A stretch of 64,000 nt of DNA, taken from assembly GCA_043228905.1 (NCBI GenBank), contig JBHGNT010000003.1, forward strand, positions 11,098,001 through 11,162,000, in the 5' to 3' direction. Source of the stretch: Azolla caroliniana. Taxonomy: Eukaryota; Plantae; Polypodiophyta. The notes under the pieces were generated by a model, which worked only from the letters and a program-made list of their open reading frames with translations, was not told the DNA's origin and did not search any database. This document shows positions 1 through 10,650 of the stretch, piece by piece. Each line of letters opens with the position of its first letter. The first letter of the stretch is position 1. A program made the position numbers and the translations under genes.

Positions 1-760
1 GCCGGCATGAATCCGGTTACCGAACTGTGCGTAGTTCGGTCAGCCCACAACGCGTAAGGCAGCAGCCGCGGCCAGTTCCCGACTAGACCTCCGCATGCCC
101 GAACTAACGCCTTGACGATTGGTCCGTGTCCGCGCTCCACCTTCCCATTCGCCTCCGGATTGTACGCAGTGGTAAGCGAGAGCTTGACTCCTAGCCGGTC
201 GAACAGCTCCTCGGCCTCTTCGGCATCCAACTCCCCGCGATCAGCCACGATCTTCCCGACGCACCCGTACCAGCATATCACGTCCTCGATCAGGAACCGA
301 CATACGGCCGCGGTCGTTTTGTTTTGAAGGGCTCGGCCTTCCACCTGGTTCGTCAGATCTTCCCGAGCCAGGACCAGATACCGCATCTGTCCCATTCCCA
401 TCGGCATCGTCACCAGATCTACCATCCATTTGAAGTGGATGGTAGGAGGGTACGTAGGGTGAAGCTCGTCCCGCTGTCGGACTATGGAGTGCATCTGACA
501 GCTCTCGCAAGTTGTCACGAACTGATGCACGTCCCGGTACAGTCCCGGCCACCAGTACTTCCCCTTTATCTTCTCGAACGTGGCCCACGTTCCACGGTGT
601 CCAGCCCAAGGGCTGTCATGGTAGGCCGTCAGCAGCTCCTCCTGTTCTTCCTTCATCGCCACCACCCAGAGCGGGACGCCGTTCCTCTTCTTCGGGTGCT
701 TCCATAAGTATCCGTCCCGGAGAAAGAATCGGTATGCTTTCTTCCGAATCCGGTTGGTCT
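1..760 (-). pseudogene. Gypsy integrase region (HHCC zinc finger and catalytic core), out of frame with upstream pol
   Basis: Minus-strand translation gives HESDWAGHRGTWATFEKIKGKYWW...CESCQ, REDLTNQVEGRAL, KIVADRGELD and NGKVERGH. Confidence 0.85.
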
Positions 761-2809
761 CGTCCCTTGTCCACCGATCTGTAGCCACTCGCTGTCGTAC
801 TTGCTCTCGTCGAAGCCGTTAAGTGCCGGAGTACTCGTCCCATCGGTCGTCACGTACGCTGCCTCGAAGAAGTCCACCCCGACTTCTTCGTCCTCCGAAA
901 CCATGCCGCCCTCGTCATCAAACCTCGCCCTCGAAAGCATGTCGGCCATGGTGTTGTGCTTTCCGAAAATGTGTCGTATTTCCGGGTCCAAGGACTTGAT
1001 GTACGCTATCCACCTGAGCATCGCCAGGTCCGGTGTCGCGCATCCGGAAACCATGCCGAGAATTGGCAGGCAATCCGTCTCGATAATCACTTCTGTCCCG
1101 ATCAGGTAGTCTTTGTCGGCCTTTACTGCCAAAATGATACCCCAGAGTTCGCGTTTAACCTGGGCGTACCCTCGTTGTCGCTCACTGAGGACCTTCGCGC
1201 CGAATCGGATCGGGAACCGAATGTCGTCCTTGTCTTCTTGGTTGACGACCCATTCGATCCCGGTCGGACTCGTATCCACCGTTATGTATACCGGGGTACC
1301 CTTCTCGTAGACAGCCTTTCGGAGCGCCGGTGCTGCCGCAAGAGCTTCCTTCAGCTTCCGGATCGACTCCGTGTGCTCGTCTCGCCACTCGAATTTTCGC
1401 CCCTTCTTCAGCAACCCGTATAGCGGCTCCACAATGTGGGCGTAATGCGGGATCCATATGTGGTAGAATGCGCATGCCCCCAGGAACCTCCGAACTTCTG
1501 TAACCGAGCTACAGTCAGTTTTCATCGCGGAGATGGCTTCTACCTTTGCCGGAGACGGCTTCCGGCCATATGGTCCACATAGGTGTCCGACCACCAGGAT
1601 TTCTGATTGCCCGAAGGCCGATTTCTCCCCGGAGAAGGTGAGCCTCGCATCTTCTAGCCTTTGTAGCACCCTCTCGCAGTCGTCGATGTGTGTTGCCACG
1701 AATCGCCGGCATCCGTCTGGCCCGAGTGTCTCGTCCTTCTCTTCCACCGGGCACCCCTTGATCGGGATGTCGTCTAGAAATGGCACGGTGATGTCCGGGA
1801 TGCAATCCCTCAGTACCTTGTTCATTGCATTCACCATGTGGGCCACCGAGTTGGTCCCTCCTTGTGGCAGGGTACACATTCGCACTAGGCCGAGGGGAGT
1901 TCGCATCGTCGTAATGTCTCTGCTCTCCACGGCTAGCTGGAATTGGTCGTACCCCGAGTACAGATCACCGACCGAGTAAATCGACCTTCCGGTGAAGGCC
2001 TCCGCGAACTCGTCTATGGTCGGTCTGATTCCTGCGTTCCGAATGGTCACTCTGTTGACCGGCTGCAGGTCTTGAATGAAGGGCAATGTTCCGTTTTTCT
2101 TTAGTACGGTAAACCATCGGTTCGAGTATGGGGCACTTGACAGTTCGAGAATGCCCATATCGACTTTCTGCCTCAATAGCTCCATCAACTTCGGGATGTG
2201 AGCTCTCGGTACTGGAATCGGCTTGAGATTCCACGGTACATGCGGTACCGTGAATATCACCATCGGCTCCACGATTGTCGGGTCTACGCACCCGATCTCT
2301 TCCGGTGAGAATGCGAAGGCTTTCCCGTGCCTTCCGAGCATCCTCCGAAACCGGTCTTCCTCCGCCGGCAGTAGGAACCCGCCCCCACCTATTTTGAGCT
2401 CCCGGAGCGTCCCGTCGGTGAAGGTGTGTCCTATGCGGACCGGATCTCGTAAACTGGGGTCCGACGCACCCCCTCTTATTCGGGATTCGCTGCCCTCCGG
2501 TAAGGGTGCCGCGACTGGCCTTACCTTCCGGTCCACAGTCTTGTACTTCGTGCTAACTCGGGTCGTCCGATCTGACTCGAGCCCCTGACTGAATTTCGTG
2601 ATGACTTCGTACATCTCTTCGGAACATACCGGTATCGTCCGGTCTTCGTTAAGGTCTTCTCCGGCTACCTTCCTCAGCATCCCCAAGGTGTCGTCGAAGG
2701 AGACCGCCTCCACGGCTTCGCTAATTTCCTCGTCCGGGCCGAGAACTCCGCACGCTCGAAGTCGCACTTCCGCCCTTGCCTTTTCTCGGCCAACGATGCC
2801 GACTATCAT
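653..2809 (-). CDS. Gypsy pol: reverse transcriptase and RNase H
   Basis: 718-aa ORF with DLYSGYDQ, LPQG, PFLDD, YITVDTS, KRELWG and TDCLPI motifs; the frame is lost near 750. Confidence 0.92.
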   Translation of the reverse strand: MIVGIVGREKARAEVRLRACGVLGPDEEISEAVEAVSFDDTLGMLRKVAGEDLNEDRTIPVCSEEMYEVITKFSQGLESDRTTRVSTKYKTVDRKVRPVAAPLPEGSESRIRGGASDPSLRDPVRIGHTFTDGTLRELKIGGGGFLLPAEEDRFRRMLGRHGKAFAFSPEEIGCVDPTIVEPMVIFTVPHVPWNLKPIPVPRAHIPKLMELLRQKVDMGILELSSAPYSNRWFTVLKKNGTLPFIQDLQPVNRVTIRNAGIRPTIDEFAEAFTGRSIYSVGDLYSGYDQFQLAVESRDITTMRTPLGLVRMCTLPQGGTNSVAHMVNAMNKVLRDCIPDITVPFLDDIPIKGCPVEEKDETLGPDGCRRFVATHIDDCERVLQRLEDARLTFSGEKSAFGQSEILVVGHLCGPYGRKPSPAKVEAISAMKTDCSSVTEVRRFLGACAFYHIWIPHYAHIVEPLYGLLKKGRKFEWRDEHTESIRKLKEALAAAPALRKAVYEKGTPVYITVDTSPTGIEWVVNQEDKDDIRFPIRFGAKVLSERQRGYAQVKRELWGIILAVKADKDYLIGTEVIIETDCLPILGMVSGCATPDLAMLRWIAYIKSLDPEIRHIFGKHNTMADMLSRARFDDEGGMVSEDEEVGVDFFEAAYVTTDGTSTPALNGFDESKYDSEWLQIGGQGTRPTGFGRKHTDSFSGTDTYGSTRRRGTASRSGWWR

Positions 2810-2888
2810 ACACCCTCCGTTGTTGGAGAAGCAAAATTTTTTACTTATCGTACAGGGTTTCTTCGGTTTCGGTTCTATCGTACAGCTG

Positions 2889-3188
2889 TGTTGGAGACAA
2901 GGCCGTCAATGCGGAAGATCAAGAAGCATTCGATTCGTATTGAATACCTGCGTATGACAGTTTGAAGGTCGTGCACAGAGATAGAGAGAGAGAGAGAGAG
3001 AGGCACAAAGAGTCTTTCTATTGCATAGAAAAGAATAATACAACCAACCTTACAAAAAGGTTACAAGGTCACTTTATATAGTGACCGACTTAGGGCAACT
3101 ACCATTTATGCTAATTACACAAATGGCCCAAACTTAAGCTATACAAAGGGATAGTGTGAATACGTCCATTATACACTTGTATTCGACA
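2889..3188 (-). repeat. 3' LTR of Copia-1 (300 bp)
   Basis: Reads identical by eye to 8121-8420; adjacent purine tract (GGGGGAG on minus). Confidence 0.97.
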
Positions 3189-3381
3189 CTCCCCCGTAAT
3201 GGGCGTATACATGGGTTATCTAAGATTACAGGTATAAACCTAGGTTCTCGGACATATCAGTTTTGTTCGAGTCGGCAGGGTCCGAAGGCTGAAGACCGGA
3301 CTGGTCGGGTCGGAAGTGTTGAAGTTGATCATTAAGGAACTGATGTCGGTTGTCGGAAACCATCCTGCACTGTGTCCGGCT

Positions 3382-4899
3382 CTAACCGGACTGGTTTGTC
3401 GTTACGCCCATCTGATGCCGAAGAGACCGAAAGCGGTCTGCCGAAAGACACTTGGTCATTCCATCTGCGACATTGTCGGTTGTGGATATTTTCTCTAGAC
3501 CGATTTTCCCTGAAATGACGCAGTCCCGAACGAAGTGATATCGAACGTCGATATGTTTGGAGGCGTTGTGGTGAACCGGATTTTTCGACAAGGCAACAGC
3601 ACCTTGACTGTCGCTATAGACAACTGGAGCCGAGTCATGGTCGACTTGTCGAAACGTGTGCGCCAGCCGGCCGAGCCACAAAGCTTCTTTTGCAGCGTCG
3701 GACGCAGCTACATATTCTGCTTCGGTCGTTGAGGTCGCTGTGCACTCCTGAAGTTTCGACTTCCACGAAATTGCTCCATTGCCGAATTTGAAGCAGTATC
3801 CAGTTGTTGATTTCCGACTGTCTATACAGCCGGCGAAGTCCGAGTCGGTGTAACCGACTACGCCTGAGGTTGAGTTCGGACCGAAAAGAATGCCGTGGTC
3901 TTTTGTGCCAGCCAGATATTTGAACACATGCTTGACTGCGTTCCAATGCGATCGGCCAGGATTGTGCATAAATCTGCTGACGACTCCTACGGCATGAGAA
4001 ATATCAGGCCGTGTCGCGACCATCAGGTACATAAGGGAGCCGACTGCCGGTGCATACGGTACCGACTTCATATCTTCCCCCTCCGGACCGGATGTCGGGC
4101 AGTCTCGCTGAGAGAGCCGAAGATTCATGGGGAGCGGGGTAGAAGCAGATTTGGCTGATTGCATGTTGAAGCGTTCCAAGACACGTCCGATATAGTCGGT
4201 CTGAGACAAAAAAAGATGTCGTTTATCGCGATTCCGACTAATCTTCATGCCAAGTATGTGTCGTGCCGGACCGAGGTCCTTCATGGCAAACTTCAACCGC
4301 AGTTTCCGAATGAGATCGGCAAGTTCGCCCGCGTGGCGTCCAGAAATTAGCATGTCGTCCACGTAAATGATGAGGAAGATGGGTGATCCATCTTGATCTG
4401 TGTTGGTAAAGAGACAATGGTCCTCATCGCTTTTTGAGAAGCCGATCGATTGGATGAAGTCGTCAAACTTCTTGTACCATTGTCGCGGTGCCTGTTTGAG
4501 GCCGTATAGACTCTTCCTGAGTCGGCAGACTAGATGTTCTTGGCCAGTTGCCACGAAGCCTTTTGGCTGCTCCATATAAATTTCCTCTTTAAGGTCACCA
4601 TGGAGGAAGGCTGTTTTGACATCTAGCTGAATCAGCTCCAAGTTGTCGGCCGCCACTACGCCGAGTAGAAAACGAAGGGTTGTCATTTTCACCACTGGTG
4701 AAAAAATCTCGTCGAAGTCAACGCCATATTCTTGTCGGAAGCCCTTCGCAACTAATCTGGCCTTGTACTTTGGGGTGGTCGAATCAGACGTCTCTTTTAG
4801 TCGATAAACCCACTTGCAAGGAAGAGCACGTCGATTCTTAGGTAATTCGACCAGATCCCAAGTCTTGTTTGCCCGAATGGAGTGCATTTCCGACTCCAT
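3382..4899 (-). CDS. Copia reverse transcriptase and RNase H
   Basis: YKARLVAKGF, LDVKTAFLHG, SLYGLKQAPRQW, YVDDM, GYTDSDFAG, KHIDVRYHF. Confidence 0.96.
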   Translation of the reverse strand: MESEMHSIRANKTWDLVELPKNRRALPCKWVYRLKETSDSTTPKYKARLVAKGFRQEYGVDFDEIFSPVVKMTTLRFLLGVVAADNLELIQLDVKTAFLHGDLKEEIYMEQPKGFVATGQEHLVCRLRKSLYGLKQAPRQWYKKFDDFIQSIGFSKSDEDHCLFTNTDQDGSPIFLIIYVDDMLISGRHAGELADLIRKLRLKFAMKDLGPARHILGMKISRNRDKRHLFLSQTDYIGRVLERFNMQSAKSASTPLPMNLRLSQRDCPTSGPEGEDMKSVPYAPAVGSLMYLMVATRPDISHAVGVVSRFMHNPGRSHWNAVKHVFKYLAGTKDHGILFGPNSTSGVVGYTDSDFAGCIDSRKSTTGYCFKFGNGAISWKSKLQECTATSTTEAEYVAASDAAKEALWLGRLAHTFRQVDHDSAPVVYSDSQGAVALSKNPVHHNASKHIDVRYHFVRDCVISGKIGLEKISTTDNVADGMTKCLSADRFRSLRHQMGVTTNQSG

Positions 4900-4948
4900 C
4901 GCCAGATGCCAGGTGGCTGAATCGACAGATGTCGATGCTTCTTCGTAA

Positions 4949-6820
4949 GACGTCGGTTCGCCGACGTCGGTTCGCCGGCGTCGGTGAAGAAAATTCCAGG
5001 AGAATACCTCTCCGGAGGTTGCGACAGTCTCTCGGATCGTCGAGGTATGATTGGACTGGTCGCATCGGGTATCGAGGTCGGATGGTCCGAAAGCGAACTA
5101 TTCTGCTGTGCCGAGTCAGAGTTGTCCGAGTCGGTAGTGTAAGGTTCAGCTACCCGTGAAGCTGACCGTGTGTTAAGAGCGGAGCCTTCTTGAAGGGTCG
5201 GCACATCGGAAAATGTTACCCTTCGGACTTCGATCGGTTTTTCAACTGATGGATTCATAGCCGACTCGTTGAACACAACGTCCGAACTTCGAACGATTTG
5301 TCTGCGTTCGGGGTCCCAGAGTCGGTATCCCATTTCGCCGTCTGATCCATATCCAAGAAAAATGCATTTCCTGGACCGAGGTGCAAGTTTTCGGCGATCA
5401 TCTTTCGGAATAAGGGCGTACGCCTCGCATCCGAAGATCCTCAGCTTGTCGTAATTCGGCTTACTGCCGATCCATAGTTCCTGAGGAATTTGAAGTCCTA
5501 GAGGTCTGCTTGGCGACATATTGATTATGTGTACTGCCGTGAGTAGAGCCTCTGCCCAGAAGCCATCCGACAGTCCGGAGTGTTGGAGCATGGAAACTAT
5601 CCGTTCTTGGATTGTCCGATTCATGCGTTCGGCAATCCCGTTTTGCTCCGGACTGTGTGGTGCCGTAAATTCACGTCGGATGCCGCGTTGTCGGCAGAAT
5701 TTGACGAATTCTTCTGATTTGAACTCTCCCCCATTATCGGTCCGAAAGCATTTCAGTTTTCGGTCAGTTTGATTTTCTACCATAGCGAGCCAATCGGAGA
5801 AGATCGAGAAGACACGATCTTTGGAGCGAATTGGATAAGCCCACACCTTTCGAGTCGAATCGTCAATAAAACTGACGAAGTAAGAGGCACCGCCGAGAGA
5901 CTGATGCGGCATTGGGCCACAGACGTCCGAGTGGACTAAATCGAGAGGTCTCGTTTCTCTCGGTGCTGATGTCGGGTGTGATGCGGCTGCTTGTTTGCCA
6001 TACTGGCAATGTTCGCAGAATTGATGGTCCGAGAAGGAGAGTTTAGGGATGTATCCGGCTCTAGATAGGTGCGTAATGCCGGCCTTGCTGAGGTGTCCTA
6101 ATCTTCTGTGCCATAGTGATGACACAGGAATATCCACCAAAAACAGGTTACCCTCCCTGAGCGTAACATGTAACGGATACAGTGAGTGTATCTTGGGTCC
6201 TCTAGCAAGCAGGAGGTTCCCCCTGTGGAGTGTCCACCCTCCCGAAGAAAAACCGGCACGAATGCCGTCTTCATCTAGTTGTCCGACTGAGATCAATGGC
6301 CTTGAGAGCTCGGGTACATGTCGGACATTGTGAAGTACAAGTGTAGAGCCACCTACAAGGTTGAGCTCTACTGTGCCGATTCCAATGATGTCACAGTGTT
6401 GCGAGTTGCCGACTCGAACTGAGTCGGAGTGACGGATCGTATATTGCCGAAATTGGGATCGATGAGGAGTCACGTGAAATGACGCGCCCGAATCTAAGAG
6501 CCATGTGCTCGATTCTTCAGTCATGAGCAGAACTTCTGATCTGACTGGATTTTCGATTGATAGTATATTCGGGTCGTTTGGTAGCACATCAGCTGAGAAG
6601 CTGACGTAGTTGATCTCCTCATGCCGGCCACTCTTCTTGTCTGATTTCTGAGACTTGTCGTTCTTGTTCTTGAGTGCGCGGCAGTCGGCTTTGATGTGTC
6701 CGGGTTTCTTGCAATAGTTGCAGATTCGATTATCCCGTGACTGGCTCCGTCTTCGCTGATTGTTCGGCTGCCGTGAGGAATCTCTTCCTCGTATGTTCGA
6801 TCGGTCTGTCGAACCTTGTA
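4949..6820 (-). CDS. Copia zinc knuckle, protease and integrase (frame of ORF 4797-6587)
   Basis: CNYCKKPGHIKADC upstream in frame, WLLDSGASFH, WHRRLGH...CEHC, VHSDVCGP, RTDNGGEF, QNGIAERMNRT. Confidence 0.93.
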
Positions 6821-7429
6821 CTACATAGCGTCGTCTGTTGAGTCTTTGGCGAAAGACTTTCTCCGAGCTGCTTCGGTCAGGATTGCACTCATGACTTCGG
6901 AGTATTTAACAGCCGTGGTTGACGCGTTGCACACGGTTGTGACGAATGTTTCCCATGATGAGGGAAGGCTGCTCATGAGTATCATTGCTCTGAGTTCATC
7001 CTCGATTGCCGTCCCCTGAGATGAGATTTGGGAGCTTATGCTTTCGTACTCATTGAGGTGTGCTTGAACCGAATCTGATTCTTTCATCCGCAAGTTGTAG
7101 AGGCGCCGGATCAGAAACATCTTTGTTGCAGCGACCTTCTTTTCGTAGGTGTCCGACAGTGTTTTCCACAGTTCGAAAGCTGTCGTACACGATTGCACCG
7201 TAAAGTATACCGATTCCGATAGGTGCATCCGAATCGTGGCGCGGACGATTCTGTCCAGCTTCTGCCACTCAATTGGTTTGTATCCTTCTGGAGGTTCTTC
7301 ATTTTGGATGGGATCGATTTGCCCCTTGACTATGAGATAGTCCTGCATTTGCTCCTTCCAGAAGTTGAAGTTCGATCCATCGAACTTTCGTAGACTCATT
7401 TCTGACGAGCCGGATGTTGATGCCATCAA
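6821..7429 (-). CDS. Copia gag (UBN2-type), separated from the downstream frame by a 1-nt shift
   Basis: KFDGSNFNFWKEQM and LPSSWETF motifs; stop at DDAM*, while the -1 frame continues YVVQGSTDR. Confidence 0.9.
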   Translation of the reverse strand: MMASTSGSSEMSLRKFDGSNFNFWKEQMQDYLIVKGQIDPIQNEEPPEGYKPIEWQKLDRIVRATIRMHLSESVYFTVQSCTTAFELWKTLSDTYEKKVAATKMFLIRRLYNLRMKESDSVQAHLNEYESISSQISSQGTAIEDELRAMILMSSLPSSWETFVTTVCNASTTAVKYSEVMSAILTEAARRKSFAKDSTDDAM

Positions 7430-8106
7430 ATTTGGTTTCGGTTGACGAAGCTCGGTTCGGAGTTGACTACGAACCTTGTTGGAGTGCAGCCGGTTGGCTC
7501 ACCCGATATCGTTCTAGTCGGATTTGAACCCGAGTCGGTTCGGCTTCGGATATATGTATTGTTGAACTTGCTCGAATTGACTCCGGTAACTTGAGGGACA
7601 GAACCGATTGGTCTTCCCGAATGTTGCCGAGTCGGAGTGAGCCCGGTTCGCTTCTGAATATATATGCCAAATACCGATTATTGAAACCGATTGTCTGGAC
7701 CGATCCTGCTTCGGGTGACTGCAGCGACGAGAGAGACGGATCCAACTGATCCTCCCGAATGTCGATCAGCCGGATGAAGCACGAATTGGGGTTGTTGTCT
7801 TGAGACCGATCTGCACCGAGTGGTTACAATGAGCGGCGAGCAGCGTTTGATGACCTCTTCGGATGCCGTTTAACCGAGTGGAGCACGATCGTGTCAATGT
7901 TGCACAAGGGGATTTCACCTCGAGCGGTTACGATCACAAGGAACAGAGTACAACCGGCTGGCTTACTCCAAGCGAAAATGATCTAACGCGATGAGATGCA
8001 AGCCTCGTTTTTCTTCTTCTCTCTTCTTCGAATGACGCAAGAAACCGAATGCTGTGCAGGCTGAGACGACGACCGACAACGGGTTGAGGAACCGAGTACT
8101 GTGCAG

Positions 8107-8118
8107 GCTCTGATACCA
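8107..8118 (-). promoter_or_regulatory. Primer-binding site, tRNA-iMet
   Basis: TGGTATCAGAGC on minus, 2 nt from the 5' LTR end. Confidence 0.95.
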
Positions 8119-8120
8119 GA

Positions 8121-8420
8121 TGTTGGAGACAAGGCCGTCAATGCGGAAGATCAAGAAGCATTCGATTCGTATTGAATACCTGCGTATGACAGTTTGAAGG
8201 TCGTGCACAGAGATAGAGAGAGAGAGAGAGAGAGGCACAAAGAGTCTTTCTATTGCATAGAAAAGAATAATACAACCAACCTTACAAAAAGGTTACAAGG
8301 TCACTTTATATAGTGACCGACTTAGGGCAACTACCATTTATGCTAATTACACAAATGGCCCAAACTTAAGCTATACAAAGGGATAGTGTGAATACGTCCA
8401 TTATACACTTGTATTCGACA
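8121..8420 (-). repeat. 5' LTR of Copia-1 (300 bp)
   Basis: TGTTGGAGAC...ATTCGACA, followed by TSD AGCTG. Confidence 0.97.
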
Positions 8421-8480
8421 AGCTGTGGGGTCTTTTCCGAGTGTCCGGACTGTCTCGGCCCCACGCCTTGGCAGCCCTCT

Positions 8481-9602
8481 CTAAAAATCCTCCTGGTTCT
8501 CGCCACCGAGGGATTCGCGGTTTCGGTCGTGGTTCGGTCGCACCATCAGAAATTGGACCAAATGGCGCCCGTCTTGGCTTTTGACCCTCGCGTAGGCCGA
8601 ACCGTTGTCTAGCACCTTGGTCTCCATCCGCGCCGCTGTGATGTATGGTTCCCCTAATATGACCGGGTGCGAGGACGTCTCCTGTACGAAGAAGTGTTGG
8701 TCAATCTCGACGTCGCCGATCTTGACTCGCACGTTCGGGCAGGCCCCGTGCAGTTCCTCGGTGGCGCGCGTTGCCGCCCGTATCTTCCACCCGTGCTTGG
8801 TGTTGATCGGCCACTTTCCCTTCTTATAGAAGTCCATGGTCATCAGGTTTATTTCCGAACCGTGGTCCACCAGTGCCACCACCGGTTCCTGAACATCTCC
8901 GATCTTTATCGGGGTCTCCGTGGTCGCTCGGGCCCAGTGTGGCCTCGAATAGTGGCTCTCCGCCCACTCATCTTCCAGTGCCAAGTTGTCGATGTGCGTC
9001 GTCCGCACCTCCACCGGTCTTTCCGGTTCCGTCTCCGTCGACAGCCTCTTTCGCTTCACCAAGTCCACAATGGAGTCATGGAACTCCTTCTTAGCGATCC
9101 CTAGCACCTCCCGCAATGATAGCTCCACTTTGTTGTCGAGGATCCGTTCTTCTAGGACCTTTCGTAGGTTCGTGGTCCTTTCTATTTCCGTCCCCAGTCG
9201 GTATCCGCCCTTCCTGGGGTTATCTTGCGCGCTGGACCCACCGGCTTCGTTCCGTCGTTGCCCGAATCGGGTCTCGTATCGTTGTGAGGGCCCGGCCGCT
9301 CCGGCTTTCCCCACTCGTTTGTCTTCTACCAGAGCCTCGTAGTTCCGGCAGGCAGCTTCTACGAAGCTCGTCTTCTCCTCGACCGGGTCGCTCCACCCGG
9401 TTATTTCCCGGACCCGTCTCTCAGCGCGGTCCGCTTCATCTTTCCTCAGTCGTGTGCCGGCGAGGCCTTCCAGCATTGCCGACCAGAATCCGTCTTTGCT
9501 CTCCTTTCGGGCCTCGCTGCCCCCGACCCGAATACCGGCCGACGCCGAGTAGTGGATGGCCTCCACGTGTCGGGCCGTTGCCTCTTCCATGAGTCTCTTC
9601 AT
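8481..9602 (-). CDS. Gypsy gag C-terminal region and aspartic protease
   Basis: VVALVDHGSEINLM and PVILGEPY; ends in GAG GAT TTT TAG. Confidence 0.88.
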   Translation of the reverse strand: MKRLMEEATARHVEAIHYSASAGIRVGGSEARKESKDGFWSAMLEGLAGTRLRKDEADRAERRVREITGWSDPVEEKTSFVEAACRNYEALVEDKRVGKAGAAGPSQRYETRFGQRRNEAGGSSAQDNPRKGGYRLGTEIERTTNLRKVLEERILDNKVELSLREVLGIAKKEFHDSIVDLVKRKRLSTETEPERPVEVRTTHIDNLALEDEWAESHYSRPHWARATTETPIKIGDVQEPVVALVDHGSEINLMTMDFYKKGKWPINTKHGWKIRAATRATEELHGACPNVRVKIGDVEIDQHFFVQETSSHPVILGEPYITAARMETKVLDNGSAYARVKSQDGRHLVQFLMVRPNHDRNRESLGGENQEDF

Positions 9603-10610
9603 ACCTCCTCACCCGTCATTCCGGTTTAGGGCCCTTCTGGTATCGCCGGCGTGCACCCGGCCTTCCCACAGGTACACCACCCGGTTCCTCAACGCCTCTG
9701 CGAAATCGCCGCAGTCCTTCCGAATGTGGCCGACCTCGTCGCACCACATGCACCTGTTCCCTGCTGCCGGCCGTCGGTCACGAGCCGGTTCGCCGCCTTC
9801 CCTTCGAGTCTAGGCGATCTGGAGATCCTTTATCGCCCGCGTCAACTCCTCCAGCGCTGCTCCTCCGGACGAGTCATTGACCATGCCGGTCGGAGCCGAA
9901 CCGGTTTCGAGCCACTCCCGGGTCTCTGCCCTTCGCCCTTGCGGTGCCGGTTCAAGCCTCCTTGCTATGACAGAGCCCGCACCGGCTACCTCGTTGTCAG
10001 CCCATTCTCGCCGTTTGTCGAAACGGCCACAGACTCTCTTAACCGCAGCCCAGTCGGTCGTCAGCCCGTCTTCGGTTTCTAGCAAGGAGCCGACTTTATC
10101 CCAGTCCCGCTCGTCCACCGACTTGACGAACAGTAGGACCCGGCTCGTATCCAGAACGGTTCGGTCAAGCGCCGAAAGGCGCGCAAAGCGTTCCTCAAAC
10201 TCCCGGAGGAGTGCCGACGCGTTTCTTCCCTTGCCGGGGGACTCCACCCATTCCATGAAGTCCCGTTTCGAAAGCCGAAGCGCGTCGTCCAGCCCGTATT
10301 TTTCTAGGAGTCGGACTTCGAACTCCTCCCAGGTATGGCTCTCCGCCCATACCTCGAGCACCTCCGCATGGATGCTCGGCATCGCCACTCGAGGGAACCC
10401 GGCAAGACGTCTCTCTTCCGGAATGTCCCGCATCAGCATTTCGGCCCCGTAGGACGCCAAATACTTCGTGGCATCCTTTCCGCTGAACCGGCCAATCGTA
10501 CCGACGACCACCTCAATGGCTCTGTCGAGGGTGCCGGTGCCCTCGCGTGCTCTCAATATCCGATCCACGGCCGAAGCCATGGCCTCCGCAAGATCCGACC
10601 CCTTCATCTT
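9603..10610 (-). pseudogene. Gypsy gag with in-frame stops and a CCHC zinc knuckle
   Basis: ORF 9810-10787 (RFSGKDATKYL...) stops at TAG, and the frame then continues to CMWCDEVGHIRKDC. Confidence 0.85.
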
Positions 10611-10629
10611 CTGCTCTTCTGCCGCCTCC

Positions 10630-10647
10630 TTCACGTCGGGTTCACCA
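10630..10647 (-). promoter_or_regulatory. Primer-binding site, tRNA-Trp
   Basis: Plus strand TTCACGTCGGGTTCACCA matches the 3' 18 nt of plant cytosolic tRNA-Trp as I recall it; 3 nt from the LTR end. Confidence 0.85.
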
Positions 10648-10650
10648 AGA

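Larger units (their letters stand above)
2889..8420 (-). mobile_element. Full-length young Ty1/Copia LTR retrotransposon (family Copia-1)
   Basis: TG...CA LTRs at 2889-3188 and 8121-8420; TSD AGCTG at 2884-2888 and 8421-8425; iMet PBS; PPT at 3189-3198; gag-PR-INT-RT-RH order. Confidence 0.98.

Noticed and set aside
2821-2829. TGTTGGAGA identical to the Copia LTR start, 68 bp before the insertion
   Set aside because: A 9-nt match inside the Gypsy reading frame. The TSD fixes the true boundary at 2889, so this is probably chance.
6815-6830. Programmed frameshift in the Copia gag
   Set aside because: There is no slippery heptamer and the break separates gag from its own zinc knuckle. A 1-nt deletion is simpler.
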